Shown here: piece by piece, positions 37,228 through 47,302 of the stretch
Layout of the letters: each line of letters opens with the position of its first letter
Numbering within the stretch: the stretch's first letter is position 1
NCBI GenBank assembly: GCA_021107635.1
Contig: JAIOSL010000007.1
Location: 36,188-100,187, forward strand
Length of the DNA stretch: 64,000 bases
Reading direction: 5' to 3'
DNA from: an archaeon
GTDB lineage: Archaea > B1Sed10-29 > WALL01 > JAGHAM01
The notes under the pieces: generated by a model
What the model saw: the letters and a program-made list of their open reading frames with translations, nothing else
The model's database searches: none
What the model was told of the DNA's origin: nothing
Position numbers and translations under genes: made by a program

Positions 37228-37596
37228 ATGAAAGGGCAAGTGTCTCTAGAAATGTTAATAGTCATGCTCATGTTCTTAGCAGCGCTAGCATTATGGCTAG
37301 AAGGTATGTCCAACCTAACAAACGCAACAAACAAAAATCTTGACGCGCACGCCAACAAAATAGCAGCAGACCGACTAGCAAGCACAGCAAACAGCCTTTG
37401 CTTAATGGGAAAAGGCAATCAACGTGAATTGCACCTATTCTTCCCAAAAAACACTAGCATACTATACAATGACAGTCTCTGGATTGGAAGTTTTCAGCGT
37501 GACACCTACTGTCCTGTAAATGTAAATTTTCAAGCTTCTGGAAGTGTTCAAATAAAAGCAGTAAACAACGGTTCAATCATACTCCAGCTACTATAA
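37228..37596 (+). CDS. Archaeal type IV pilin-like protein with a class III signal peptide.
   Basis: The ATG at 37228 gives MKGQVSLEMLIVMLMFLAALALWL, the canonical KGQ|VS.E prepilin cleavage context. The listed ORF start at 37219 is a GTG. Confidence 0.65.
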   Translation: MKGQVSLEMLIVMLMFLAALALWLEGMSNLTNATNKNLDAHANKIAADRLASTANSLCLMGKGNQRELHLFFPKNTSILYNDSLWIGSFQRDTYCPVNVNFQASGSVQIKAVNNGSIILQLL

Positions 37597-37933
37597 CAAC
37601 GCGCTCATACTCTTCTGTTACTAGCGTGCGTTCGATTCTTGCTATTGGTTTGAATTCCTGTTCCAGAATTGCTTTTTCGTTCACGTACACAGAAGCTTTA
37701 ATTCCCAAACTAGAAAGTAACACTTTCATGTGTTCAGTGTCGCCAGTTTCCAACGAACCATCCTTCAATGCTACCTCAAGAAAATCACTAGCTTGCTTGT
37801 AAACAATCACATCGCTCAATTCATCTTGTGAATGAAAAGAAAGCATGTACACAAAAACTAAGCAAGCTAACAGAGAAACCATCGCTTCTAACGTAAACGC
37901 AAAACCTTTACCAGACTTCCAAAATACGTTCAT
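37577..37933 (-). CDS. Pilin-like small protein (class III-like signal peptide).
   Basis: MNVFWKSGKGFAFTLEAMVSLLACLVFVYML... Confidence 0.5.
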   Translation of the reverse strand: MNVFWKSGKGFAFTLEAMVSLLACLVFVYMLSFHSQDELSDVIVYKQASDFLEVALKDGSLETGDTEHMKVLLSSLGIKASVYVNEKAILEQEFKPIARIERTLVTEEYERVVIVAGV

Positions 37934-38270
37934 TTTTTTTGTTCACCTCTCCAACAAAAACCAGCCTGCGCACAATAATACCCTCTGCTTTTGACTCCTC
38001 TCCAAGCTTCAACAAAGAAACATTGAAATGTGTTTCTTTTGGAAGAACGCCCAAAGTTTGCGGAATCACAGATTTACATTCTTCATCATACAAACCATGC
38101 CTGTTAATCAACTCATCCGAAAAAACAATTCGCTCATGCTGAGCTTTAGCGTATTCAACCATGCTCACACTTGACTGCACTGACAAAAATACGCTTGTGA
38201 TAGACAACTGAACCATAACTAAAACGAGTATCGCAGCCACTCCTACGTCAAGCTCTATCAACGAAACCAC
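37908..38270 (-). CDS. Small protein with an N-terminal hydrophobic helix (pilin-like minor subunit?).
   Basis: MVSLIELDVGVAAILVLVMVQLSITSVFL... It overlaps its neighbours by 13-26 nt. Confidence 0.45.
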   Translation of the reverse strand: MVSLIELDVGVAAILVLVMVQLSITSVFLSVQSSVSMVEYAKAQHERIVFSDELINRHGLYDEECKSVIPQTLGVLPKETHFNVSLLKLGEESKAEGIIVRRLVFVGEVNKKNERILEVW

Positions 38271-38452
38271 CGAGTAAAATTAGATTCTACGTTCCTAGAC
38301 TTACCAAAAGCAAGGGAAGGCTCGCTAAATTCTAACTCAAGTTCAGGCAACTCAAACGATCCAATCTGAGCTTGTACTAACACACCCACAAAAACAAGAA
38401 AGCCTAACAACAACACTAAAAACTCTAACGATACCTGCGCTTTACAATTCAT
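38258..38452 (-). CDS. Tiny pilin-like protein with a class III signal peptide.
   Basis: MNCKAQVSLEFLVLLLGFLVFVGVLV (KAQ|VSLE). Confidence 0.45.
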   Translation of the reverse strand: MNCKAQVSLEFLVLLLGFLVFVGVLVQAQIGSFELPELELEFSEPSLAFGKSRNVESNFTRWFR

Positions 38453-38840
38453 GCGAACACCCCACAGGAATCAAAAACACGCTACTAGCATTTCCAGCAA
38501 CAAAACTCGCGCTTAACGCTTTATAAGGATCTGTGTCATACTTTAATTCAAGCGTCAACCCTCCAGGAGACTTTTCTAGAAAATCCTTTGGATTACCCTC
38601 CACAGAAATGCCCTGCTCTTCCATCAAAGCACTCCAATCACCCAAATCAATTCCTTTAACAGAACTCGCCCAAAAAGTATGCTCAAACTCATGTTCCTGA
38701 TTAGTAAGCGTTTGTTGTTCCAACAATTTCACACGCGCCAAAGCAACACATTCCACTGCTCTTGCATGCAAACTAACAGAGTATAAAACAGTAGGAATGA
38801 ACACAACTACAACTAAGAAACTAAACAATCCTCTCCTCAT
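38442..38840 (-). CDS. Small N-terminally anchored protein, first gene of the minus-strand pilin-like unit.
   Basis: MRRGLFSFLVVVVFIPTVLYSV..., 132 aa. Confidence 0.45.
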   Translation of the reverse strand: MRRGLFSFLVVVVFIPTVLYSVSLHARAVECVALARVKLLEQQTLTNQEHEFEHTFWASSVKGIDLGDWSALMEEQGISVEGNPKDFLEKSPGGLTLELKYDTDPYKALSASFVAGNASSVFLIPVGCSHEL

Positions 38841-38942
38841 TCTCTCCCCCCGTTAGATGCCAGTCATTATGAAAAAACAGGTTTTTATATGTTTAGAAAA
38901 CCTATTCTCTTTTTAAAGGGAACTTTTCATAATTGAGACCCA

Positions 38943-39728
38943 ATGGCTGAGTTGAGGAAACTAAAAGAAGAACGCGACAATCTCAACGAAGAAGCTCGTA
39001 CTCTTATCAAGCAGGGAAAAGAAACTACTGTGCGTGTAAAGAGACTAAGAGCGGAGCTCAGAGAGTTCAAGACAAGTCGGGACGAGGAAAACGCGAAAGT
39101 CAGAGAGTTCAAAGAAAAGCGTGACGCAGTGAACGCGAAAATTCGAACTAGAATCAACAAAATAAACAAAATTCAAGAAGAAATTCGTGGCCTCAAGGGG
39201 GAACTGGACATGCCCTTCCATGAAGCTCGCAAACAACTAGAGCGTCTGGAATGGAAGGTCCAAACAGAGGTAATGAACGTCAGGCAAGAAGAAAAAATAG
39301 TCAGAAAAATCGAAGAACTTGAAGAAGCAACCAAATCAACCAAAGAATTTATGGGCAAAAGAAAAGATTTGGAAAAAATCAAAAAAGAACTTGATGAGCT
39401 CCGTAAAGAAGCCCAAGCATTCCACGAAGTAATGCTAGAACACACACGCAAAAGTGAATATTATCACCAAAAAATGCTTGAACTTTATAAAAACTTGAAA
39501 GCTTTAGAACCAGACTTCAAAGACATCAGTGATAAAATAACAAAAGCCAAGAAAAAAGCAGATAAAGCACACAAACATTACATCGACAACTACAAAGAAA
39601 CCAAAGGAAAAACAGAAAAAGATGTAAAAGAATCAATGAAAAAGAAAGCAGACAAGCTGATGGAAGGATTCAAGAAAGGCAAGAAGCTTACAACAGACGA
39701 ACTTCAAATAATCCAGCATTTCGGTTAA
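38943..39728 (+). CDS. Lys/Glu-rich coiled-coil protein (archaeal COG1340-like).
   Basis: 261 aa, nearly all heptad coiled coil (ELRKLKEERDNLNEEARTLIKQGKE...). Confidence 0.6.
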   Translation: MAELRKLKEERDNLNEEARTLIKQGKETTVRVKRLRAELREFKTSRDEENAKVREFKEKRDAVNAKIRTRINKINKIQEEIRGLKGELDMPFHEARKQLERLEWKVQTEVMNVRQEEKIVRKIEELEEATKSTKEFMGKRKDLEKIKKELDELRKEAQAFHEVMLEHTRKSEYYHQKMLELYKNLKALEPDFKDISDKITKAKKKADKAHKHYIDNYKETKGKTEKDVKESMKKKADKLMEGFKKGKKLTTDELQIIQHFG

Positions 39729-39935
39729 GCTTTTTTCCCTATGTGACTTCTATACATTCCCACATGATATCGGTATAGCTAATTCTAAGGAAATTTCAGT
39801 TGAAGTGTAATCTCTATATCTAAAACAGTCCTGCATCGATCGGCCCGTGATTCACGCGCTATCGTTACCTAACATTCAAAGCAAACCCTCTGACTTAAGC
39901 AAAACCTTTATATTCCAAGGATTCGTTATCCAATC

Positions 39936-40232
39936 ATGGACGAAGAGGAGATAGCCTATAAAATTGTAGAGCTATACGCCAAAGAAGTCGCAGACCCACA
40001 AGAAAAAAGAAGAATGGGACTAGACACACTGCTTAATGCCTATTTCTATTCACTGTTGCGTCTAACGCGCAAGAAAAAAGAAATGGAAGCCTTCGACAAA
40101 GCTATAACAGCAGAAGAACAATACCTAGCACAAGAAGAACCAATGGAAAAAAAAGATGAAGAAACCATCCCAAAAATGGAATCGGCTCCACTCAAACCAG
40201 CACAACCAGGAGAAGAATTCAAGTTTGACTAA
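39936..40232 (+). CDS. Acidic 98-aa hypothetical protein.
   Basis: ORF with a 4-nt convergent overlap with the GTPase gene. No motif recognised. Confidence 0.35.
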   Translation: MDEEEIAYKIVELYAKEVADPQEKRRMGLDTLLNAYFYSLLRLTRKKKEMEAFDKAITAEEQYLAQEEPMEKKDEETIPKMESAPLKPAQPGEEFKFD

Positions 40233-41386
40233 ACCAAAATTTTGATTATGTCACCATCAGTTAGCTCATGCTCTTTACCTACGCGTCGTCCTGTTTTGCA
40301 ATCAATAGCGCCAATAAACTTCTCTCCAATATCTGAGTGTACTTTAAACGCTAGATCAACTGCTGTTGAACCACAATGTAACAAAAAAGCGTCAGGCAAA
40401 ACATTACCTTTTTTATCACACATTTTATGTTCATCTTCAACAGGATACACAACAATCATCCCAAGCAGTTCGCGCACAGTACGTTCCAAACACTCTTGCA
40501 CGCCAGTACTCCCATACTTTTCTAATAACGCTCTAATGAACTCCAAAGCTTTGGCCTGACCTGCAGGCAACTCACCAAGCAGTTTGAATTCACTTGAACC
40601 AGGAACATAGTGTATCAACTCATGTTCATCAGCTTTTCGCAAGGCAAGCTCTGCTTCCGCACAACAAGGAACGATAACGTTACCTTCCAAACGCGCGTAG
40701 TTTTTTCCAGCGTTTGGCAAGTCCATTTTGTTGGCTGCTAGAGCGATTGGTTTATTTCTCCTGCGGATTTCTTTCACAAGCTCTAACAGTTCTTCATTAG
40801 AAGAAGTTGGAACAACTCCACTTTCTTGCACTGCTCTTTTCACTTCTTCCTCAGACACTTTCAAGCCGCTTAGCTGTTCATACACAAATTCATGAAGCTT
40901 GATTGTTCCCATTTCAACTTGGCGTGCAGCCTGGCTCCATTTTTTCTCAAGAATCCCAAGCATCCAATATTCAATTTCTCGTTCTAAAAAATCAACATCT
41001 TTGCAGGGATCATGGTTTTTAGTGGGATTGCCTTGTTCATCCGTGTTTCCTGAAACATCCACTACATGAATCAACGCGTCTGCATCCGCTAAATCAGACA
41101 AGAATTGGTTTCCCATGCCCTTACCCTTGTGTGCATCCGGTACCAGCCCTGCCACATCTACCAAAGATATCGGCACGAATCGTTGACCATCTATACATTT
41201 GCCGTGCCTAGGAGAGCAAGGGTTCCCTAAACTTTTACATGGGCAATCAGCACGAATATATGCAGTGCCAAGATTTGGTTTGATGGTTGTAAACGGGTGA
41301 GCGGCCATTTCCGCGCCTACTAACGTAGCAGCATTCAAGAATGTGCTTTTTCCACTCGATGGCTTTCCAACCACTCCTATTTTCAT
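40229..41386 (-). CDS. Obg-like ATPase (YchF/OLA1/Ygr210 type) with a Cys-cluster insertion and C-terminal TGS domain.
   Basis: 385 aa. MKIGVVGKPSSGKSTFLNAAT (G1). DVAGLV (G3). CPCKSLGNPCSPRHGKC insert. The C-terminus ...ELTDGDIIKILV is TGS-like. Confidence 0.8.
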   Translation of the reverse strand: MKIGVVGKPSSGKSTFLNAATLVGAEMAAHPFTTIKPNLGTAYIRADCPCKSLGNPCSPRHGKCIDGQRFVPISLVDVAGLVPDAHKGKGMGNQFLSDLADADALIHVVDVSGNTDEQGNPTKNHDPCKDVDFLEREIEYWMLGILEKKWSQAARQVEMGTIKLHEFVYEQLSGLKVSEEEVKRAVQESGVVPTSSNEELLELVKEIRRRNKPIALAANKMDLPNAGKNYARLEGNVIVPCCAEAELALRKADEHELIHYVPGSSEFKLLGELPAGQAKALEFIRALLEKYGSTGVQECLERTVRELLGMIVVYPVEDEHKMCDKKGNVLPDAFLLHCGSTAVDLAFKVHSDIGEKFIGAIDCKTGRRVGKEHELTDGDIIKILV

Positions 41387-41463
41387 TGCTTATATTCTAA
41401 CTATGATTTTTTATAAAAACCAGGGATTACACTCATCTTTCTGAAACTTTTTATACTCTTTTC

Positions 41464-42669
41464 GTGTTAATTCTATTAATGCAGTGGTCTCAAAAATATG
41501 ATCCAAAGAATATTGATGGAATAGCTGGCAATCCTTCAGCAGTGAAAGCACTTAAAACATGGGCTTCTGATTGGAACTACAAGAAAAAGCCTTTGTTGCT
41601 TGTTGGAACTCCTGGCACAACCAAAACTACTTCCACGCTCGCTCTAGCACAAACTTTTGAATGGGAATTACTGGAAATGAATTCCAGCGACTTACGTAAC
41701 AAAAAAAATATAGAACGCATAGCTGGACTAGCAAGCGTTTCAGCTACCTTTTCTGGTAACAAAAGACTTATTTTATTCGATGAAGTTGATGGAATGTTCA
41801 GACAAGACTTTGGTGGTTCAAGAGCAGTGCTCGAAATAGTAAAACACTCAAGAAATCCTGTGATTCTAACAGCAAATGATGCTTATGCTAAAAACTTGGC
41901 TTCAATCCGCAAATATTGTGAAGTAATAAAATTCAAAAAAATTCACTATAGCACAATCAAAAACAGACTCGCTCAAATATGTGACTCTGAGGGCATTCAA
42001 TATGACGAGACTGCTTTGCTTGAGCTTGCGAAACGCCAGTCAGGAGACTTGAAAGCAGCTATAAACGATTTACAAGCTATTGCTCAAGGTTCAGAAAAAG
42101 TTTCAATTTCAAGCCTTGAGGTTCTCGGCGCAAGAGATAAAACTGAAAGTATCTTCAACGCGCTACGTACTATTTTCAAGAAAAAAAGTTTCGGCGAAGC
42201 CAGAGAGGCTTTTGATGAATGTGAAGAAAATCCTGATTTGTTTATGCACTGGATTGATGAAAATATTCCAAGAGAATATCAAGGTGAGGCTCTCGCTAAA
42301 GCTTTTGAGCACTTGGCTAAAGCATCATTATATGCTGGTAGGATAACTAGAAGGCAAAATTGGAAGCTAATGAAATATCAGATTGCATTAATGTCGTCTG
42401 GAGTATCCTTGGTTGATTCTTCTGAAGGATATACTCAATATCAATTCCCTTCTTTCATACGAAAGCTTGGTGCTTCTAGAGGTAAGAGAGCAACACAGAA
42501 ATCGCTTGCGGATAAAGTAGGGAAACGTATACATGCAGGCAGGAAAGAAGTAATTCAATTCTACTTGCCTTTTTTGCGCGAATTGTTCAAAAAGGATCCT
42601 CAAGGATTTGCTGAGCTGTTCAAGCTTGATGAAAAAGAGTCTGCTTTGCTTTCTGACCAAAATCCTTAA
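41464..42669 (+). CDS. rfcL: Replication factor C large subunit.
   Basis: 401 aa. WSQKYDPKNIDGIAGNPSAVKALKTW...LLLVGTPGTTKTTSTLALA...ILFDEVDG. Confidence 0.85.
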   Translation: MLILLMQWSQKYDPKNIDGIAGNPSAVKALKTWASDWNYKKKPLLLVGTPGTTKTTSTLALAQTFEWELLEMNSSDLRNKKNIERIAGLASVSATFSGNKRLILFDEVDGMFRQDFGGSRAVLEIVKHSRNPVILTANDAYAKNLASIRKYCEVIKFKKIHYSTIKNRLAQICDSEGIQYDETALLELAKRQSGDLKAAINDLQAIAQGSEKVSISSLEVLGARDKTESIFNALRTIFKKKSFGEAREAFDECEENPDLFMHWIDENIPREYQGEALAKAFEHLAKASLYAGRITRRQNWKLMKYQIALMSSGVSLVDSSEGYTQYQFPSFIRKLGASRGKRATQKSLADKVGKRIHAGRKEVIQFYLPFLRELFKKDPQGFAELFKLDEKESALLSDQNP

Positions 42670-42696
42670 ATACCTTAGAGTTTTATACTAGGTTTA

Positions 42697-43356
42697 ATGA
42701 AAAAACGTTTTGCTTTAATATCGTTACTGTTCTTTACAGTTGCGTGCTATGGAATGTCAATAGAACAAGTGGTTGAAGAAGATGGTTCTTCTTTTATCAC
42801 GGCAGAAGTAAGAAAAGGTTATGACTCAAAGTTTTTTGACGTTGATTTCATATGCGAAAATTTCAGTCAAAGCGAGTTTTTTCAAAGGTTTGATGATCCC
42901 AATTGCCAGGAAACCTCTTCGTCTATCATAATAACTGGTTCAACTGACTTAACTGAAGATGATGGGTTTTTCGTTAGTTTTGAGTTTGTTGAATCTATCT
43001 ATGAGTTGAATTCTACTGGAAGTTATTTCAATGCTCTTGTTGGAGAGAGATCTCTTCTTTGGGGTGCCATTCCTCTGAATAATGCTACTGGAAGCATAGG
43101 AGAGTATAAGGCGTTACTTCCGTATAAACTAGAATTACCTGGAAAGATTACTAAAGTTAGAAATGGAGAAAGTGAAAATTTTGAAACTAAAGCAAAATTT
43201 GATTTAGTGGAACTTTATCAAAAACAGAGAGGTATTTATGTTGAATCAAAACAGACCAACTGGCAGTTCTTTTCTTCTCTCATAATATTTTTGATTATGA
43301 TGGTTGGCATTCTTATTGTTTGGATGTCATACTTTTATTTAAAGGGTAAGACTTAA
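42697..43356 (+). CDS. Secreted protein with a signal peptide and C-terminal TM anchor. Hypothetical.
   Basis: 219 aa. MKKRFALISLLFFTVACYG, then a C-terminal hydrophobic helix. Confidence 0.5.
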   Translation: MKKRFALISLLFFTVACYGMSIEQVVEEDGSSFITAEVRKGYDSKFFDVDFICENFSQSEFFQRFDDPNCQETSSSIIITGSTDLTEDDGFFVSFEFVESIYELNSTGSYFNALVGERSLLWGAIPLNNATGSIGEYKALLPYKLELPGKITKVRNGESENFETKAKFDLVELYQKQRGIYVESKQTNWQFFSSLIIFLIMMVGILIVWMSYFYLKGKT

Positions 43357-43409
43357 AGCGTAAAGCTTTTAAAGTTCCTCTTCTTCTTTTAAATTTAAGG
43401 TGAATACGT

Positions 43410-44150
43410 ATGTTAAATAGTCTTTTCCTCTTGGCAGAAGCTGCGTTTGGATTGGATGCGTTAACTTTCTCTCCAGACCCTCAAGTTAATGCACTTCTTG
43501 TTCCACTAGTAATAATCTTCGTTGCATTTTTCTTGCTAGTATTAGGTTATATCTTGGCAGTTGCTGTTGAGATTGTCCTTAAGAAAATGTTCAGAAGAGC
43601 TAAAATTGAAGATGTTATATCTGAACATGGGCTTTCTGGTGCATTGTTAGGTTTTACTTTAAGTGGAATCATAACTACTATTGTCAAATGGACTATTTTC
43701 CTAGCAATTCTTGCTTTGGCTGTAGGACTAATGGAAGGTGCTATAAATCCAGACAGCACTCCTGTTTTGACTGAGTTTATAGTAGGTTTTGTGAACTTTT
43801 TACCTGCAGTGCTTAAAGGTTTGGTAATTCTTGTTGTTGGCTTCTTGTTAGCTGATTTAATTGCAGCTAGAGCTAAAGAAGGAATTCACTTCCATGCCAA
43901 GAGCATGGGCTTAGTTGCTAAACTTATTGTGATTTATTTTACTGTTGTTATCGTGTTAAGCATACCTGAATATGGATTAGAAACTAGACTGCTTTCAACA
44001 GTATTTGAGTATTTGGCATTGGGTGTGTCTTTAGGTGTTGCTGGTGCAATGACCTTAGGAGTTGGTCTTGGATTTAAGGATTCAATAGGACGCATAGCTA
44101 AAAAGCAGGAAAGAGGAATAGAAACATTTTTCTTCGGTTCAGAAGATTAA
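43410..44150 (+). CDS. Polytopic membrane protein. Hypothetical.
   Basis: 246 aa with about six TM helices. Confidence 0.5.
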   Translation: MLNSLFLLAEAAFGLDALTFSPDPQVNALLVPLVIIFVAFFLLVLGYILAVAVEIVLKKMFRRAKIEDVISEHGLSGALLGFTLSGIITTIVKWTIFLAILALAVGLMEGAINPDSTPVLTEFIVGFVNFLPAVLKGLVILVVGFLLADLIAARAKEGIHFHAKSMGLVAKLIVIYFTVVIVLSIPEYGLETRLLSTVFEYLALGVSLGVAGAMTLGVGLGFKDSIGRIAKKQERGIETFFFGSED

Positions 44151-44165
44151 AGTTCACCTCTTTTT

Positions 44166-45761
44166 TTATATTTTTTCCAGGTCTAATTCTAGCACTGCCA
44201 CTGGATGTTCTATTTCCATTTGATTGAGCAACATTGGATGTATCTCTCCAATTATGCCTATTTCTTCTTTTTTAGAATAGATTTTGCCAGTTCTTCCTGG
44301 AATAAATGCTTTTTCAGTTGATTGTTCTAGTGTGTATTCAAAATCAAGATTCTTTGATATTTCATCAAGAATAGACTTTACTTGAGTGAATGTAGCTTGA
44401 GTATCTACTAGAACTGCAGCAAGTTTGCGTTTTGTTTTTGTTTTTTCTATAATGTCTCCTGCTTCAAAGACTTTATGTGGCAAGGGATAATGTCTGTTTT
44501 CTGAAACTAATGCAAGCAAGTTTGGTATTAACGTGTGTCTCATACAATCATGTTCTTCGCTCACTGGATTAGCTAATTCAGTGTATTCTCCACCATAAGC
44601 TGTGAGCAGTTTACTTGAGGTTAACATGTATGTTAAAACTTCTTGAAATCCTGCTCCTACAAGCAAGTCTTGAGCTTTTTCTGTTAGGTCTTCAATTGGA
44701 TGCGATTCGCCTTTAGTGTAAACTTTAGGCATTAATTGTTCTATCTTGTTATATCCATATGCCATTGCTATTTCTTCAACTAAGTCTATTGGATGCATTA
44801 AATCAAATCGATAACATGGAATTTCAGCGATAATGGAATCTCTTTTTTCTTTAGCCTTAAAACCACTTTTTTCTAGAAGTTTGATTGCTTGTTTGATGTT
44901 TAGTTCAAGTCCAAGTCGAATGTTTATGTAATCTATTTTTACTTCTAGTGTTTCTTGTTTCAGTTCTGGACTTTCCACTCTTTTGTCAGAATAGTGCATT
45001 GTAATTGTTTCTACTTTCCCTCTCTCTGAAAGAGCAACTGCCATTAGTACGCAAACTTTTTTGACCAGTCTTCCATCTTCTCCGCTTACGTCAACAAAAA
45101 GGTTTTTTGTGCGTGATGTGAGTTTAGTGTCTTCACTGTTCAAGACAGGTGGCATTGATAAAACAAGATTCTTTTTATCTAGTATTAATGGGTATTTGTT
45201 TGGAGTGACCAGGTGTGCATATTCTTTGCCCTTTTCTGTTTTTTCAAGGACTTCTTGTGCACTCATTGGTTCCTGTTCACCTAATGGAGTAAAATTAATA
45301 TGACTTTTAACGCAATATGTGAGCGGGAATTCGAATGTATCAAGATCATATACACCAATTGAAGCATTTTTTCTTCCACTAGTATAACTAACATGAATTT
45401 TTTCTTGTAATTGCATCAATTGTTCAATCAGTGCGTCATTTAAGAGTACATTGCGCACGATGAACATTCTTGAGTATGGTCTGATGTTTTGTACGCTTTT
45501 GTCAACAGTGCATTCCAATCCACTCTTAGCAAAAGTAACGTCTTTGTTTTTTATTCCAATGTAACTACGTACTGCTCTGGCAATGCCTTCACTGCTAAGC
45601 AGATCTGGACGGTCATGTGTTGTTTCCAATTCTATTTCACCGTTAATCTCGTTTTCTAACTCACACTTGATGTTTGGAAAAATTTGCTCAAGCTCTTTTA
45701 ATGATACTTTTTTGCCTATCAGTGCATTCAAGTCGCTTTGCCTTATTTTTATTTTGGGCAT
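44166..45761 (-). CDS. pheT: Phenylalanyl-tRNA synthetase beta subunit (archaeal type).
   Basis: 531 aa with a B3/B4 domain region. It lies immediately downstream of pheS with a 0-nt gap. Confidence 0.85.
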   Translation of the reverse strand: MPKIKIRQSDLNALIGKKVSLKELEQIFPNIKCELENEINGEIELETTHDRPDLLSSEGIARAVRSYIGIKNKDVTFAKSGLECTVDKSVQNIRPYSRMFIVRNVLLNDALIEQLMQLQEKIHVSYTSGRKNASIGVYDLDTFEFPLTYCVKSHINFTPLGEQEPMSAQEVLEKTEKGKEYAHLVTPNKYPLILDKKNLVLSMPPVLNSEDTKLTSRTKNLFVDVSGEDGRLVKKVCVLMAVALSERGKVETITMHYSDKRVESPELKQETLEVKIDYINIRLGLELNIKQAIKLLEKSGFKAKEKRDSIIAEIPCYRFDLMHPIDLVEEIAMAYGYNKIEQLMPKVYTKGESHPIEDLTEKAQDLLVGAGFQEVLTYMLTSSKLLTAYGGEYTELANPVSEEHDCMRHTLIPNLLALVSENRHYPLPHKVFEAGDIIEKTKTKRKLAAVLVDTQATFTQVKSILDEISKNLDFEYTLEQSTEKAFIPGRTGKIYSKKEEIGIIGEIHPMLLNQMEIEHPVAVLELDLEKI

Positions 45762-47255
45762 TTAGTCATTCCTCGTTTTGGTTTGTTCAAGCCATGCTAG
45801 ATCATGAGAGAATAGTTCCCTAATGTCTTCCAGACCGAGTTTTATCATTGAAAGCCTGTCAAAGCCGAGTCCCCACGCCATCACTTCTGCGTCTACGCCT
45901 GCTGGCAATCGCACTTCCGGTCTGAACATTCCTGCCCCACCCAATTCTATTTCTCCTAGCGTAGGATGTTCTGCTACTAGTTCAACGCTTGGTTCGGTGT
46001 AAGGAAAAAAGTCTGGATTGAATCTGATTTTTTTTGTTCCTGCGAAAACTTTAGCGAACTCACTTAGCATTCCAAGCAGTTCTCGGAAATTCATGTTTTC
46101 TTGAATTATGATTCCTTCGCATTGAAAGAATTCTGGAAGATGTGTAGCATCAATGACATCTCTTCTGAAATTGCGTGATATTGTAAAGTATTTTGCTGGT
46201 ATCTCATTGTGTTCGTGCATTGCGCGTATGCTTGAGCTTGTTGTGTGGGTGCGGAGTAGCATTTGTTTTGCTTTTTCTGGATTCCATTTGTATTGCCATC
46301 CTTTACTGCCTGTAGTCCAACCGTTTTCGTGTGTTTCTTTTACTTTTTGAGCGTAGTCTTTTGGCAGGGTGCCTTTTTCTGGTTTTTTGATGTAGTAAGT
46401 GTCTTTGGTTGAGCGTGCTGGATGGAATTGTGGTTGGTACAATGCATCAAAGTTGTAAAATTCGGTTTCTATTATTGGGTAACGAAGTTCTTTGAAGCCT
46501 AGCGAAAACAAGTAGCGTCTGGCTTTGTTTAATAGCTCTAGGTATGGTTGTTTTTTGCCGATTTTTAGTGGTGGTGATGGTGCTTGAATGTTGTATTGTC
46601 TGAATTTGGTTTTTTTCCAGGAACCTGTTTTTATCATTTGGCTTGTAAGCATGTTCACAGTCTTTTCTGTTTTGATTCCTTCTTTTAGCAGTTCTTTTCC
46701 TTTAGTAGTAAGCTTTGTTGTGCGTTTGATTTCGTGTGTTTTTTTGATTATTTTGCCGCGTTGTTCTATTATTTTAAGTTCAGGTATTTTTTCAATGTTT
46801 GTCTTTTTTTCTAGGAGTGAAAGAGTTTTTTCTTCTGGCAGTCCTGTTTTGATTGCTTTTTGACCTTCTTGAGTGAGTTCTAGAGTACCCCTGTTAATTT
46901 CTGCGAGTTTTCTTTTCATTAGCCAAGAAAGCGCTATTCCTGTTTTTTTGTCTCCTAATGCTTTTTTGAGGTCTTGCACTGTCTTTGCGCCTTTTGCTAT
47001 GGCGTTCAGTGCTTGTTGTTCTGGAAGTCCTTTTTCTGCGTATTCAAGCCCTTCTTCGTTTAATTGAACATATTCAGTTTTTTGTTCTTTGATTTCGACT
47101 AGTTCTTTAGCTTGTAACCATAAGCATGCACGAGCTACTGAGTCATTTGGTATTCCTGCGGCTTTGCTTAGCTGTTCTTGCTCTAGTTCTCCTTTTTTTA
47201 GTGCTTTTAGTACGAGTTTTTCGTGTTCGTGAAGACTTTCTTTAATTAATTCCAT
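45762..47255 (-). CDS. pheS: Phenylalanyl-tRNA synthetase alpha subunit (archaeal/eukaryal type).
   Basis: 497 aa with class II aaRS motifs (FRPEVRLPAG...GFGLGFDRLSM). Confidence 0.88.
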   Translation of the reverse strand: MELIKESLHEHEKLVLKALKKGELEQEQLSKAAGIPNDSVARACLWLQAKELVEIKEQKTEYVQLNEEGLEYAEKGLPEQQALNAIAKGAKTVQDLKKALGDKKTGIALSWLMKRKLAEINRGTLELTQEGQKAIKTGLPEEKTLSLLEKKTNIEKIPELKIIEQRGKIIKKTHEIKRTTKLTTKGKELLKEGIKTEKTVNMLTSQMIKTGSWKKTKFRQYNIQAPSPPLKIGKKQPYLELLNKARRYLFSLGFKELRYPIIETEFYNFDALYQPQFHPARSTKDTYYIKKPEKGTLPKDYAQKVKETHENGWTTGSKGWQYKWNPEKAKQMLLRTHTTSSSIRAMHEHNEIPAKYFTISRNFRRDVIDATHLPEFFQCEGIIIQENMNFRELLGMLSEFAKVFAGTKKIRFNPDFFPYTEPSVELVAEHPTLGEIELGGAGMFRPEVRLPAGVDAEVMAWGLGFDRLSMIKLGLEDIRELFSHDLAWLEQTKTRND

Positions 47256-47302
47256 TTTGTGCCCTCAAACTGCATATTTAAAGGTTCCTGTATTAATAAA
47301 AT

